NCBI GenBank assembly: GCA_016217725.1
Contig: JACRHB010000177.1
Location: forward strand, 1-47,466
Reading direction: 5' to 3'
Source: Nitrospirota bacterium
GTDB lineage: Bacteria > Nitrospirota > Thermodesulfovibrionia > UBA6902
Length of the DNA stretch: 47,466 nt
A model generated the notes under the pieces. It was not told where the DNA came from. It made no database searches and worked only from the letters and a program-made list of their open reading frames with translations. Of this stretch, positions 38,456-47,466 are shown one piece after another (within the stretch, counting starts at the first letter, position 1; the number at the start of each line of letters is the position of its first letter). The position numbers and the translations under genes were made by a program.

Positions 38456-39103
38456 TTATTTCTTCAGGCTTCCTATAATCTTTTCGACGACTTCTTCTAT
38501 GCTGAGCTTGCTCGTGTCTATGTAAATCATATCATCCGTCTTCTTGAGCGGCGAGCTTTCCCTCGTGGAATCCCTCAAATCTCTTTTTTGCAGGTCCTTA
38601 ATTGTCTTTTCAACGCTTATCCCGGGATCCCTGAGCTTAAGCTCTTCATATCTCCTTTTAGCCCTTTCCTCTACGCCTGCGTCAAGGAAAAATTTATTCT
38701 CCGCATCAGGGAAGATCGTTGTGCCGGTATCTCTCCCTTCAACGACGACCTTGCCTTTTAATCCGGCCTCCCTCTGTATGGAAAAGAGAAAAGCCCTCAC
38801 CGCGGGTTTGGCGGAGACCCGGGAGCTTAATTCCCCTAGCTCGGCAGTCCTGATGAGGGACGTCACGTCGGCGCCGTTGACGCTTATGCCGTCGCCGTTG
38901 AGCGTAAGCCTTAAATCAGCCAACGCCTTTCTTAACGCTTCTTCATCGTCCGGGTCGACGTTGTCCTGCTTTACCTTCCATGCAACCGCCCTGTAAAGCG
39001 CTCCCGTGTCGAGGTATTTATAACCGAGTCTCTTTGCGCAGAGTCTTGCTAGCGTGCTTTTGCCCGCTCCCGAAGGGCCGTCTATGGTTATTACTTCTTT
39101 CAT
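38456..39103 (-). CDS. cmk: cytidylate kinase
   Basis: ITIDGPSGAGKST, YLDTGALYRA, EGRDTGT, RD.RDSTR..SPL. Confidence 0.96.
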   Translation of the reverse strand: MKEVITIDGPSGAGKSTLARLCAKRLGYKYLDTGALYRAVAWKVKQDNVDPDDEEALRKALADLRLTLNGDGISVNGADVTSLIRTAELGELSSRVSAKPAVRAFLFSIQREAGLKGKVVVEGRDTGTTIFPDAENKFFLDAGVEERAKRRYEELKLRDPGISVEKTIKDLQKRDLRDSTRESSPLKKTDDMIYIDTSKLSIEEVVEKIIGSLKK

Positions 39104-39165
39104 AGGTGTTTAACGTAGAACTTATAATAACAAAATATGAAATTCTAATTCTATGCGGCTTTGAA

Positions 39166-39252
39166 AATCCTCCCCTTTACAAGGGGAGGTCGGGAGGGGT
39201 ATTGAAAAAAAATTTACAACCTCCCCTACCCCTCCTTGTAAAGGAGGGGATT
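39166..39252. repeat. inverted doublet of C/G-run palindromes (REPIN-like)
   Basis: aatcctcccctttacaaggggagg.. / ..cccctccttgtaaaggaggggatt. Confidence 0.85.
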
Positions 39253-39369
39253 TAAGACAGTGTTGCCTTGAAAATTTTTTATTGATTTGATCTTTAAAAT
39301 CTTATATCATTTGCACAAGCCGATACGTATTTTAAAAAAGCATTCCACGGGTGTAAAAAGGAGGGGTAT

Positions 39370-41469
39370 ATGGATTACGCAAAAAATTTCGAATACGTCC
39401 ATGAAAAAGAGTGCAAAGCGATTGAAGAAAAACTCAGGAGCCTGGATCCCGACAATGCCGATAAAAGACTGTTGAGCCTTACCGGTCTTGCCCTCTCCGG
39501 CGGCGGCATCCGCTCGGCTTCCTTCGGGCTCGGCGTTTTGCATGCCCTCTCAAAAAAGGGCGTGCTCGAAAAAACAGATTACCTCTCAACCGTTTCAGGA
39601 GGAGGTTATATCGGATCATCTTTGACATGGTTCCTTTATAAATACAAATATGATTTAGTCTCAAGCTTTCCATTCGGCGAAAGGAATACCGGGGCGAGAA
39701 CGGGAAAGGACCGGAACGCCGTTCTCGATTACATCAGACAGCGCGGCAATTATCTTGACCCCGGAAAAGGCTTAGGCGTCGCGTCGCTGTTTGCCGTGAT
39801 CCTCCGCAGCATGCTTCTGTCCCTCTTTGTATATTTCCCGCTGCTCTTTGCCGCCGTCTTCGGACTGCATTATTACGGATGGTTCGAGCCGGAATCCTGG
39901 CTGAAAGCGGATATCGAAATGAACAGGCTTTACCGGCTTGCTGCCTGCGGACTCTCTTTCTTTTTCGTCATAAGCATTTTATATTCGCTGGCGACTTCCC
40001 TGCCCAAGTTTTTCAGCGATAAGATCGATATAACAAAACCATATCGCGCCCGGATCGGATTCCAGCAGGGAATGGGTTGGCTTTTAGCATTAACCGTCGC
40101 GCTTCTGATTGCCGGCTCGCTGCCGTTTGCCGGCTCGCTGCTCAAAGAAAAACTCCCTGTGCTTGCAAGCGGCTCCACTATTTTGGGCGCTGTCGGCTCT
40201 TTTTATCGCTTTATAACGGAACAGAATAAAAAGGATTCACGAAAAGAGCTTGCATCCGGGCTGATAGTGTGGGCCGCTTCCATATTAATGATCTACGGCC
40301 TTTTACTGCTTGCATATTTTGGGGCCATAAATGTGGAAAGCTCACGACATTACTTTATTTCAGCATGTTTTGTCATTTCAGCGGCGGTCACCGGCCTGTT
40401 TGTCAATCTTAATTATGTCTCGCTGCACAGGATGTACAGGGACCGTCTTATGGAGACGTTCATGCCTGATAACGAAACCGTAAAAAGCGGGGAGTGGAAG
40501 CCTGCTTTTGAAGCCAATAAGACGCGCCTTCAAGATATGTATAACGGCAGCCAGGCCGGTCCTTATCACATTATCAATACCAACGTGATACTTACGGATT
40601 CAAAGGATTCAAAATTTCGCGGCAGGGGCGGTGATAACTTTATTTTATCGCCGAAGTATTGCGGAAGCTGCGCGACGGGATGGTGTAACACAAGTGATTT
40701 CATGAAAGGCAGAATGACGCTTGCGACCGCTATGGCTATCTCAGGCGCCGCGGTCAACCCGCATACGGGCGTTGCAGGAAAAGGACCGACCCGGAACAGG
40801 CTCCTGTCGTTTCTCATGACACTGTTGAATTTAAGATTAGGGTATTGGGCGCCCAACCCCCGCTATCATAAATTATATAAGCCGAATTATTTTATCCCCG
40901 GCTTGTGGGGCTTGCTGGGTGCGGGTTTCCACGAAAAAAATTGGTTCTTCATCGAATTGTCGGACGGGGGACATTTTGACAACACCGGCCTTTATGAATT
41001 GATCCGCCGCAAAGTAAAGGTCATTATTCTATCCGACGGCGGCGCCGACGAGAAGTGCACGTTCGGTGATCTTGCAAATGCGCTCGAGCGCGTGAGGGTC
41101 GATTTCGGAGTCAACATAAGATTTGAAGATAAAAATACCGATCTCCGGCAAATGATCCCCGGCTCCGCGGATAAAAGCATTTTACAGGAGAAATACAATC
41201 TGTCTAAAAACGGCTTTGCCATCGGAGCCATTGAGTACCCCGGAGAAGAAAACGGCGTGCTTTATTACATAAAGGCGGCTCTCATCGAGGGACTGCCCGC
41301 CGACGTTTACGGTTATAAAAACGCCAACGCTGCTTTCCCGCATCAATCAACGACGGATCAGTTCTTTGACGAAGCGCAGTTTGAGGCTTACCGGGAGCTT
41401 GGATACGGGCTGACGCTCAGCATGATGGAGCATGACTCCGCCTTCGGTCCGCGGAAGCTTTTATGCTGA
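39370..41469 (+). CDS. patatin/cPLA2-like phospholipase with multi-TM insertion
   Basis: GLALSGGGIRSA, STVSGGGY (catalytic Ser), LSDGGHFDN, ~6 TM segments, FPHQST.DQFFDE. Confidence 0.8.
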   Translation: MDYAKNFEYVHEKECKAIEEKLRSLDPDNADKRLLSLTGLALSGGGIRSASFGLGVLHALSKKGVLEKTDYLSTVSGGGYIGSSLTWFLYKYKYDLVSSFPFGERNTGARTGKDRNAVLDYIRQRGNYLDPGKGLGVASLFAVILRSMLLSLFVYFPLLFAAVFGLHYYGWFEPESWLKADIEMNRLYRLAACGLSFFFVISILYSLATSLPKFFSDKIDITKPYRARIGFQQGMGWLLALTVALLIAGSLPFAGSLLKEKLPVLASGSTILGAVGSFYRFITEQNKKDSRKELASGLIVWAASILMIYGLLLLAYFGAINVESSRHYFISACFVISAAVTGLFVNLNYVSLHRMYRDRLMETFMPDNETVKSGEWKPAFEANKTRLQDMYNGSQAGPYHIINTNVILTDSKDSKFRGRGGDNFILSPKYCGSCATGWCNTSDFMKGRMTLATAMAISGAAVNPHTGVAGKGPTRNRLLSFLMTLLNLRLGYWAPNPRYHKLYKPNYFIPGLWGLLGAGFHEKNWFFIELSDGGHFDNTGLYELIRRKVKVIILSDGGADEKCTFGDLANALERVRVDFGVNIRFEDKNTDLRQMIPGSADKSILQEKYNLSKNGFAIGAIEYPGEENGVLYYIKAALIEGLPADVYGYKNANAAFPHQSTTDQFFDEAQFEAYRELGYGLTLSMMEHDSAFGPRKLLC

Positions 41470-41489
41470 CAGGCAGATATTTTTTACTA

Positions 41490-41646
41490 CAGACACAAAG
41501 GCACAGAGGCACAAAGTTAAGAAAAATATTAGAAGTTGGGAATTTGAGAACGTGAGAAAAAAATAATCTTTACTTTTTCTCAGCTTCTTAACTTCGTATC
41601 TTCTCAACTTCTTATTGTTCTCTGTGCCTCTGTGCCTTTGTGCCTG
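41490..41646. repeat. nested octamer inverted repeats (GGCACA outer, AGAAGTTG inner)
   Basis: Outer cacaaaggcacagaggcacaaag / ctctgtgcctctgtgcctttgtg; inner 41531-41612 agaagttg../..caacttct. Confidence 0.85.
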
Positions 41647-41651
41647 TTATT

Positions 41652-42830
41652 TTACTTCTTTCTTATTCGTGAAATCGCGTACCTGGCAAGCTCCGACATG
41701 TAGGCTGCGCCGAGCCGCAGGACTTCTTCGTCGAAGTCGAATCTCGGACTGTGGGACGGCGCATTTTCGAGCCCTTTCCTGGCCGCGCCGAACCTGACAA
41801 AGCAGCCTGGAATTTTCTGTAAATAGTATGCAAAGTCTTCACCGCCCAGCGTCGGGAAGGGGATGGCGATCGTGTTTTCACCGCCCAAAAGTTTTTCGGC
41901 GACGTCCCATGCGAATTCCACCGCCCTTTTCTCGTTTATCACCGGCGGGTATCCCGGTTTCAGCTCAACGTGTATCACGGCGTTATGGAGGACTGAAAAA
42001 GAAGAAGCCATCTTTTTAACCTTGCCGACAACCTGTTTCCTTACGGCTTCATCGGTCGTCCTTATAGTCCCTTTTAAAACGGCTTTCTCCGCAATGACAT
42101 TGTGCGCCGTTCCCGCATTTAAATGCCCGACGGTTATTACCGCGGGGTGAAACGGGTCTATCTCCCTCGAAATTATCGTCTGAAGGTTCATGACGAGCTG
42201 GCTTGCAATTACAACGGCGTCGACCGCCTCGTGAGGCTTTGCGGCGTGTCCTCCTTTCCCTGTAATCGTTATTTCAAAGCCGTCCGTGTATGCCGTATGC
42301 AGGCCGGTCTTGATCCCGAGCGTGCCTGAATTATAGTGCGTCTCGATATGGCCGCCGAAGATCATGTCCACGCCGTCGAGCGCGCCCTGTTCTATCATCG
42401 GCTTGGCCCCGCCTTCATTTTCCTCGGCAGGCTGGAATATGAAGACGACGTTTCCCTCGGGCGGGTTCTCTTTTAAAATTGTCGCTGCGCCGAGAGCGAT
42501 TGCCACGTGACCGTCGTGTCCGCAGGCATGCATTATACCGGGCGCCTCGGAAGAAAACGGAAGCCCGGTCTCTTCGGTTATCGGCAGGGCGTCCATATCC
42601 GCCCTGACGGCAATTGTCGGGGCGTTTTTATCGGTCATTAATTCTCCGACTATTCCCGTTCGCGCAATTCCTGTTTTGTGTCTGATCCCAAGCTCTTTCA
42701 ACGTATTGGATATCAGTCCGGCAGTCTCTTTTTCTTCATACCCCAATTCAGGCCGCCGGTGAATGGTCCGCCTGATATTTCTCATCCATTCAAAAAGCTC
42801 ATCGCTTACTATTTTGTTGAATTGCTTCAT
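41652..42830 (-). CDS. M20D-family amidohydrolase
   Basis: H..PELGYEE, RADMDALP, MHACGHDGH, FQPAEE, GKGGHAA.PH, GEDF; start MKQF after GAGG. Confidence 0.92.
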   Translation of the reverse strand: MKQFNKIVSDELFEWMRNIRRTIHRRPELGYEEKETAGLISNTLKELGIRHKTGIARTGIVGELMTDKNAPTIAVRADMDALPITEETGLPFSSEAPGIMHACGHDGHVAIALGAATILKENPPEGNVVFIFQPAEENEGGAKPMIEQGALDGVDMIFGGHIETHYNSGTLGIKTGLHTAYTDGFEITITGKGGHAAKPHEAVDAVVIASQLVMNLQTIISREIDPFHPAVITVGHLNAGTAHNVIAEKAVLKGTIRTTDEAVRKQVVGKVKKMASSFSVLHNAVIHVELKPGYPPVINEKRAVEFAWDVAEKLLGGENTIAIPFPTLGGEDFAYYLQKIPGCFVRFGAARKGLENAPSHSPRFDFDEEVLRLGAAYMSELARYAISRIRKK

Positions 42831-42883
42831 GGTATGCCTCTCTAACATTTCTATTAATAATATAAAACAGTTTATTCGTTATA

Positions 42884-42941
42884 CGTGTCCGGTTAACGTG
42901 TCCGTAAAAATAACGGACACGGACCACGGTCACGGTTTACG
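42884..42941. repeat. CGTGTCCGGTTAACGTG-family element
   Basis: Core shared with 32251 and 12578. Confidence 0.85.
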
Positions 42942-42947
42942 ACCCGG

Positions 42948-43793
42948 CTACCCCATATCCCCGAGCTTAAATTGAATAATGCTTATCGCCGCTATAGGCG
43001 CCGTCTCGGTGCGAAGGATCCGCGGGCCGAGCGAGGCTTCGATAAAACCTCTTTCAACTGCTGCTGCTACTTCATCTTTTGAAAACCCCCCTTCGGGACC
43101 GATTAGAAGGGTTATTTGTTTAATATCTTTGAGACCGGTCAAGACTTTTTTCAGATTTCTTTCTTTGTGTTCTTCGGAGAAGATGATACTGCAACATCCC
43201 CCTACATCCCCCTTTTTCAAAGGGGGAAAAAGTTCCCCTCTATCAAGAGGGGTCGGGGGTGTGTTCCCCTCTTTGGAAAAGAGGGGCTGGGCTCCCGTTG
43301 CTGTGAAGCATTGCAACGGGAAGTGGAGATTTTTTAAAAATTCCTTTATCTCCACAGCCTCCTCAATCTCCGGCACCCTCTCCCTCCCGCACTGCTGTGA
43401 GGCCGACAGGGCGATCTTCCGCCAGCGTTCAACCTTCTCCGTATGCCGCACTTGCGAACGTTCCGTAATAAGCGGAATGATCCTGCTTACGCCGAGCTCT
43501 GTTGCTTTCTGGATAATGAAGTCCATCTTGTCGCTTTTAGGCAAGCCCTGTGCGAGGGTTATCGAGACGGGCGATTCGGCGGAGTAGGGCTCTTTTTTTA
43601 TCTTCTCAACGACGACTTCTTTTTTGTGAACCTGGAGAATCCTGCAAATGTATCTATATCCGGAGCCGTCGAATATTACAAGTTGCTCGCCGGGATTCAC
43701 GCGGAGCACGAGCGAGAGATACCTTGCATTATCTCCGGTGATGGTGATTTTATCTGAACCGGCCTTTTCAACTGGAAGAAAGAGACGCGTCAT
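42948..43793 (-). CDS. rsmE: 16S rRNA m3U1498 methyltransferase with ~45-aa repeat-derived insert
   Basis: VLRV, QKATELGV, IGPEGGFS, LGPRILRTETA. Confidence 0.95.
   Translation of the reverse strand: MTRLFLPVEKAGSDKITITGDNARYLSLVLRVNPGEQLVIFDGSGYRYICRILQVHKKEVVVEKIKKEPYSAESPVSITLAQGLPKSDKMDFIIQKATELGVSRIIPLITERSQVRHTEKVERWRKIALSASQQCGRERVPEIEEAVEIKEFLKNLHFPLQCFTATGAQPLFSKEGNTPPTPLDRGELFPPLKKGDVGGCCSIIFSEEHKERNLKKVLTGLKDIKQITLLIGPEGGFSKDEVAAAVERGFIEASLGPRILRTETAPIAAISIIQFKLGDMG
43196..43332. repeat. composite of three C/G-run palindromes plus nested hairpin inside rsmE
   Basis: 43233-43252 is the reverse complement of the unit at 10474-10509; 43264-43332 matches 15171-15238. Confidence 0.92.
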
Positions 43794-43964
43794 TTGACTA
43801 TTTTATAACATCCAATATTTTCTGTTCCAATATTTTCTTGTAATCCTTTGCGCCCCCTGATATATTAAGTGCATTAAAATTCATCAGGGGTAAATCTGTA
43901 GGGCTTCAGTCTTGTGAATGAATGCAAACCCTACAGCAGCTCAATAAGCATTTTGCGGGGAGAA

Positions 43965-46900
43965 ATGAAGGGGGAAACAGGATCGCCTGCCAAAATAACA
44001 CGTCCGCACGTTTCAGATATTTTCCCGCGCAAAAGACTCTTTCGCCTTCTTGACGATAACAGAAAGCATTCCGTTGTGTGGTTGTCCGCGCCTGCGGGTT
44101 CGGGCAAGACCACGCTTGTTGCGAGTTATCTTGATGAACACAGGCTTCCCTTTCTCTGGTATCAGGTGGACAGGGGCGATGATGATTTAGCTGCATTTTT
44201 CTACTACATGGGGCATGCGGCAAAGAGAGCCGCTCCCCGCTATCGCAAACCGCTTCCTCTTTTAACCCCTGAATATCTGCCCGGACTGTCCACCTTTACC
44301 CGAAGGTATTTTGAGGAGATATATAAAAGGGTTCGAGGGGTCAAGGGTTCGAGGGTTCAAGTAAAGACTCGTGGCAAGCATCTGCTTGAACCCTTGACCC
44401 CTCGAACCCTCAAACCCTTCTGTATCGTTTTCGACAACTATCAGGAAGTCCCTGCCGGCTCCATGTTACACGAGACAATTAATGCGGGGCTGGACCTCAT
44501 CCCTGATGGAATAAGGGCCATCATTATAAGCAGGGCCCATCCGCCCGACGCCTATGCCCGGATGCGGTCAAACGATAAAATAACAGTAATTGATGATATC
44601 AGATTGACGGAGGAAGAGACCGCAGGGCTGATGAAGATGAAGGTGAAAGGCAAGGTTACGCCCGAGTGCGTACGCAAGGTTCACGAAAAGACGCAGGGAT
44701 GGGCTGCTGGGATAGTACTGATGCTTGAGAAAGCGCGGCAGGGGATGATGGATGCCGGCTCTATGGAAGACTCCGGGACGGATACCATCTTTGATTACTT
44801 TGCCACCGAGATATTTCAGAAGGTTGACGTAAACACACAGGTGTTTCTACTTAAGACCGCCTTCTTCCCTGACATGAATCTGCAGATGGCCGAAAGACTC
44901 ACCAGACTTGAAAATGCAGACCATATACTTTCCGAACTGACCCGCAATAATTTTTTCACGGAAAAGCGTCATCATACAAATCCTGTCTACCGGTATCATC
45001 CGCTTTTCAGGGAATTTCTTTTGTCTCAGGTAAAAGACTATTTCGTAAAAAATGACATCGCAGAGTTACAGAAAAAGACCGCGGCAATCCTTGAGGAATC
45101 GGGAAAGGTTGAGGATGCCTTTGCATTATACCGGAGCGCATGTGACAGCGAGGGCGCAATCAGGCTGATTATGACAAACGCAATGAAGCTGCTTCAGGCG
45201 GGAAGGATCAGGACACTTGAGGGATGGATTGCAGGCCTTCCTGATGAGATCAGGAACAACATGCCATGGCTTTTATACTGGCTCGGCGCCTGCCGGAGGC
45301 CGTTTAATCCACCTGAGAGTCTGGTCCATTTTGAAAAGGCCTTTGAGCTTTTCAGGGCGCAAAAGGATGCGGAAGGGGTATTTCTCTCATGGTCAGGGAT
45401 TGTCGATTCGATATATTTCGGATTTGACGATTTTAAGAGGCTTGACAGGTGGATAAAAATATTGGAGGCGCTTATCTCTGAATTCGGTGGGATCCCTGCC
45501 GGCGTGATAGATGCCCGTGTAAATGTAAACATGATTTGCGCCCTCCTGAGAAGAGACGCCGGGAATCCTGCTTTACGAAGGTTGCTGGAGCGCTCTGAGG
45601 CGCTGATAAACGAAAGTCGTGATAACAACCTGAATATAATTATGCTTTCACACCATCATCTCTACTATTTATATTGCGGCAATTTTGTAAGATCAGGCTT
45701 GATCGTCGAGAGGATGAGAGAGACATGCAAATCATGCGATATTGTATCATTATCGCATGTTATTCTGAAGCTGTCAGAAGCAATCCAGTTTAATTTTGTT
45801 GGAGACCTGGAAAAATGCAGAAGAGCTGTTGACGAGGGGCTGAAGCTCTCTGATGAATCAGGAGTGACCGTCTTGAACTTTATGTTAATGGGGCAGTTGG
45901 TGTGGATATCCATCGGCATGAACGATTTTAAGACTGCCGGAGACTGTCTTAAGAAAATAGAGTCGTCAATGGCAATGTTGCGCCCTTTTGATATTGCTTT
46001 TTATCACCACCTTAAAAGTTGTGAAGCCCTGGGAAAAGGGGACCTGCAACAGGCAAAAGAGCATGCGGAACTGGTGATGGCAATCACCTATAAAATCGGC
46101 GCTCGCTCAAACTATGCTTTAATGAATCTATTATATGCACAAGTTTTATGTGAGCTTGGAGAATGCGGAAAAGCGGTCGAACACATTTCAGCAGCGCGAG
46201 ATGTCTGGGAATATTTTAAAAGCCCGTTTGAAGAGTTTTCGCGTCTACTGATTGAGGCCAAGATTTCCTTTGGTCAGGGAGATGAAAAACAGGGCCTTAA
46301 ACATCTCAGCCAGGCCATGACGTTGGGAAGAGAATGCGGATACGTCATGACGTATATATGGCGCCCCTCTATCATGGCAAACCTCTGCGCAACGGCGCTT
46401 GAAAACGGGATTGAGGTTGACTATGTACAGCATTTGATAAGGAAGCGGGATCTTGTCCCTGAAAATCCGCCCGTGCATCTGGACAACTGGCCCTGGCAGT
46501 TAAAGATATATACACTCGGCAGGTTTGGAATATTGAAGGACGGGAAGCCTGTGGAGTTTTCTGGCAAGGCCCAGAAGAAACCTCTTGAGCTGCTTAAATG
46601 CCTGATTGCCCTCGGAGGCAGGGAGATCAGCGAGCAGACGATAACCGATATACTCTGGCAGGACGCAGACGCGGACATGGCCCGCCATTCCTTCAAGATC
46701 ACGCTTCACCGTCTCAGGAAACTGCTCCAGCATGAAAACGCAATCCGTCTCTCCGGCAGCCATCTTAGTCTGGACCCGTGGTGCTGCCGGGTGGATGTGT
46801 GGGCCTTTGAGCGTTTCCTTGGGGAAGCTGATATTAATTGGAATAAAGGTCTGTCGGATAACGCCGCCCAGTTGACCGAAAAAGCTGTCAGGATGTATCA

Positions 46901-47270
46901 AGGGGCTTTCCTTTCCCGGGAACCTGAGCCATGGATAACATCCACGCGTGAAAAACTCAGGAGCAAGTTCCTGCGGAATGTTATGAAGCTTTGCCATTAT
47001 TACAAGGAGAGGAAACAGTGGCAAAAGGCCCTCGACTGCTGCCACAAGGCCCTTGAAACAGACAGCCTTGCAGAGGAGTGTTATCAGCATCTCATGAAAT
47101 GCTATCACCAGCTCGGCAGGAAGGCGGAAGCCGTTGCGGTATATGAGAAGTGCAGGAATGTTTTATCCTCATCACTCGGAGTAAATCCATCGCCTGAGAC
47201 AGAGAGAATTTACCGGGAAGTGACGGAAGAGAATAAAAAGTATATCGATAGGCGCAGGAATAAATTCTAA
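43965..47270 (+). CDS. MalT-like STAND ATPase with TPR-like region and C-terminal winged-helix/BTAD (SARP-type) domains
   Basis: AKITRP, APAGSGKTT, VFDNYQ, TQGWAAG, YRYHPLF; TLGRF, LLKCL, LWQD, TLHRLRKLL, VDVWAF, YQGAFL, EECYQHLM, LGVNPSPET; start at ATG 43965 after GGGGAG. Confidence 0.88.
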   Translation: MKGETGSPAKITRPHVSDIFPRKRLFRLLDDNRKHSVVWLSAPAGSGKTTLVASYLDEHRLPFLWYQVDRGDDDLAAFFYYMGHAAKRAAPRYRKPLPLLTPEYLPGLSTFTRRYFEEIYKRVRGVKGSRVQVKTRGKHLLEPLTPRTLKPFCIVFDNYQEVPAGSMLHETINAGLDLIPDGIRAIIISRAHPPDAYARMRSNDKITVIDDIRLTEEETAGLMKMKVKGKVTPECVRKVHEKTQGWAAGIVLMLEKARQGMMDAGSMEDSGTDTIFDYFATEIFQKVDVNTQVFLLKTAFFPDMNLQMAERLTRLENADHILSELTRNNFFTEKRHHTNPVYRYHPLFREFLLSQVKDYFVKNDIAELQKKTAAILEESGKVEDAFALYRSACDSEGAIRLIMTNAMKLLQAGRIRTLEGWIAGLPDEIRNNMPWLLYWLGACRRPFNPPESLVHFEKAFELFRAQKDAEGVFLSWSGIVDSIYFGFDDFKRLDRWIKILEALISEFGGIPAGVIDARVNVNMICALLRRDAGNPALRRLLERSEALINESRDNNLNIIMLSHHHLYYLYCGNFVRSGLIVERMRETCKSCDIVSLSHVILKLSEAIQFNFVGDLEKCRRAVDEGLKLSDESGVTVLNFMLMGQLVWISIGMNDFKTAGDCLKKIESSMAMLRPFDIAFYHHLKSCEALGKGDLQQAKEHAELVMAITYKIGARSNYALMNLLYAQVLCELGECGKAVEHISAARDVWEYFKSPFEEFSRLLIEAKISFGQGDEKQGLKHLSQAMTLGRECGYVMTYIWRPSIMANLCATALENGIEVDYVQHLIRKRDLVPENPPVHLDNWPWQLKIYTLGRFGILKDGKPVEFSGKAQKKPLELLKCLIALGGREISEQTITDILWQDADADMARHSFKITLHRLRKLLQHENAIRLSGSHLSLDPWCCRVDVWAFERFLGEADINWNKGLSDNAAQLTEKAVRMYQGAFLSREPEPWITSTREKLRSKFLRNVMKLCHYYKERKQWQKALDCCHKALETDSLAEECYQHLMKCYHQLGRKAEAVAVYEKCRNVLSSSLGVNPSPETERIYREVTEENKKYIDRRRNKF
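44327..44419. repeat. AGGGTTCR octamer inverted repeat inside the STAND ATPase domain
   Basis: agggttcg-aggggtca-agggttcg-agggttca ... tgaaccct-tgacccct-cgaaccct-caaaccct. Confidence 0.9.
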
Positions 47271-47309
47271 TTGTGATTCCCAATCAGCAATCCGCAATCC
47301 ACAATAATT

Positions 47310-47350
47310 TCCAATCTGTATCCAATCCGTAACCTGCCATGTTTTATGCT
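47310..47350 (+). promoter_or_regulatory. 11-bp-periodic direct repeat upstream of a -10 box (candidate SARP/BTAD binding site)
   Basis: tccaatctgta-tccaatccgta, then TATGCT at 47345-47350. Confidence 0.5.
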
Positions 47351-47381
47351 ACTGTTGCCAACAATTCAACGGGTAAAAATC

Positions 47382-47466
47382 ATGAGCTTAAAAGACTACA
47401 TCGTTCGCATTTACAGGTATCAGAAAGACAAGCCCCGGAAGCTTGTAGGCCTGGTTGAGGAAGTAG
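47382..47466 (+). CDS. partial small hypothetical protein (runs off window)
   Basis: MSLKDYIVRIYRYQKDKPRKLVGLVEEV, open to the window end. Confidence 0.6.
   Translation, partial: MSLKDYIVRIYRYQKDKPRKLVGLVEEV

Noticed and set aside
43196-43332. In-frame inserts as inteins or self-splicing introns
   Set aside because: Far too short; no intein terminal residues or group I/II features

Overview
Bacterial chromosomal window; gene content and style suggest Nitrospirota/deltaproteobacteria-like origin (inference). Core genes: ald, mqnA, rtcB plus archease, ftsH, folP, rnr, cobA-hemD, ihfB, sppA, rpsA, plsC, cmk and rsmE. A ~16 kb minus-strand block holds three export systems (TetR-TolC-MFP-RND; TolC-MacA-MacB-like; HlyD-ABC-2). 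Accessory genes include a Fic protein, two type IV/T2SS pilin-like genes, a membrane patatin/cPLA2-like enzyme and a MalT-like STAND-BTAD regulator. The most striking feature is a dense population of short non-autonomous palindromic elements from at least 6 unrelated families. They occupy most intergenic gaps, nest inside each other, and sit IN FRAME inside at least 8 otherwise intact genes (mqnA, archease, macA, tolC, pilin leader, cobA-hemD, rsmE, malT-like). Some also donate stop codons or C-termini. Features missing from the ORF track: a degraded ispH remnant, a truncated vapC, a +1 frameshift in an ABC ATPase, a 169-bp MITE-like element, a TetR operator, several leaderless-type promoters and SARP-type direct repeats. 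No rRNA, tRNA, CRISPR array or transposase was recognised. Family assignments are from motif recognition only; no database search was run.
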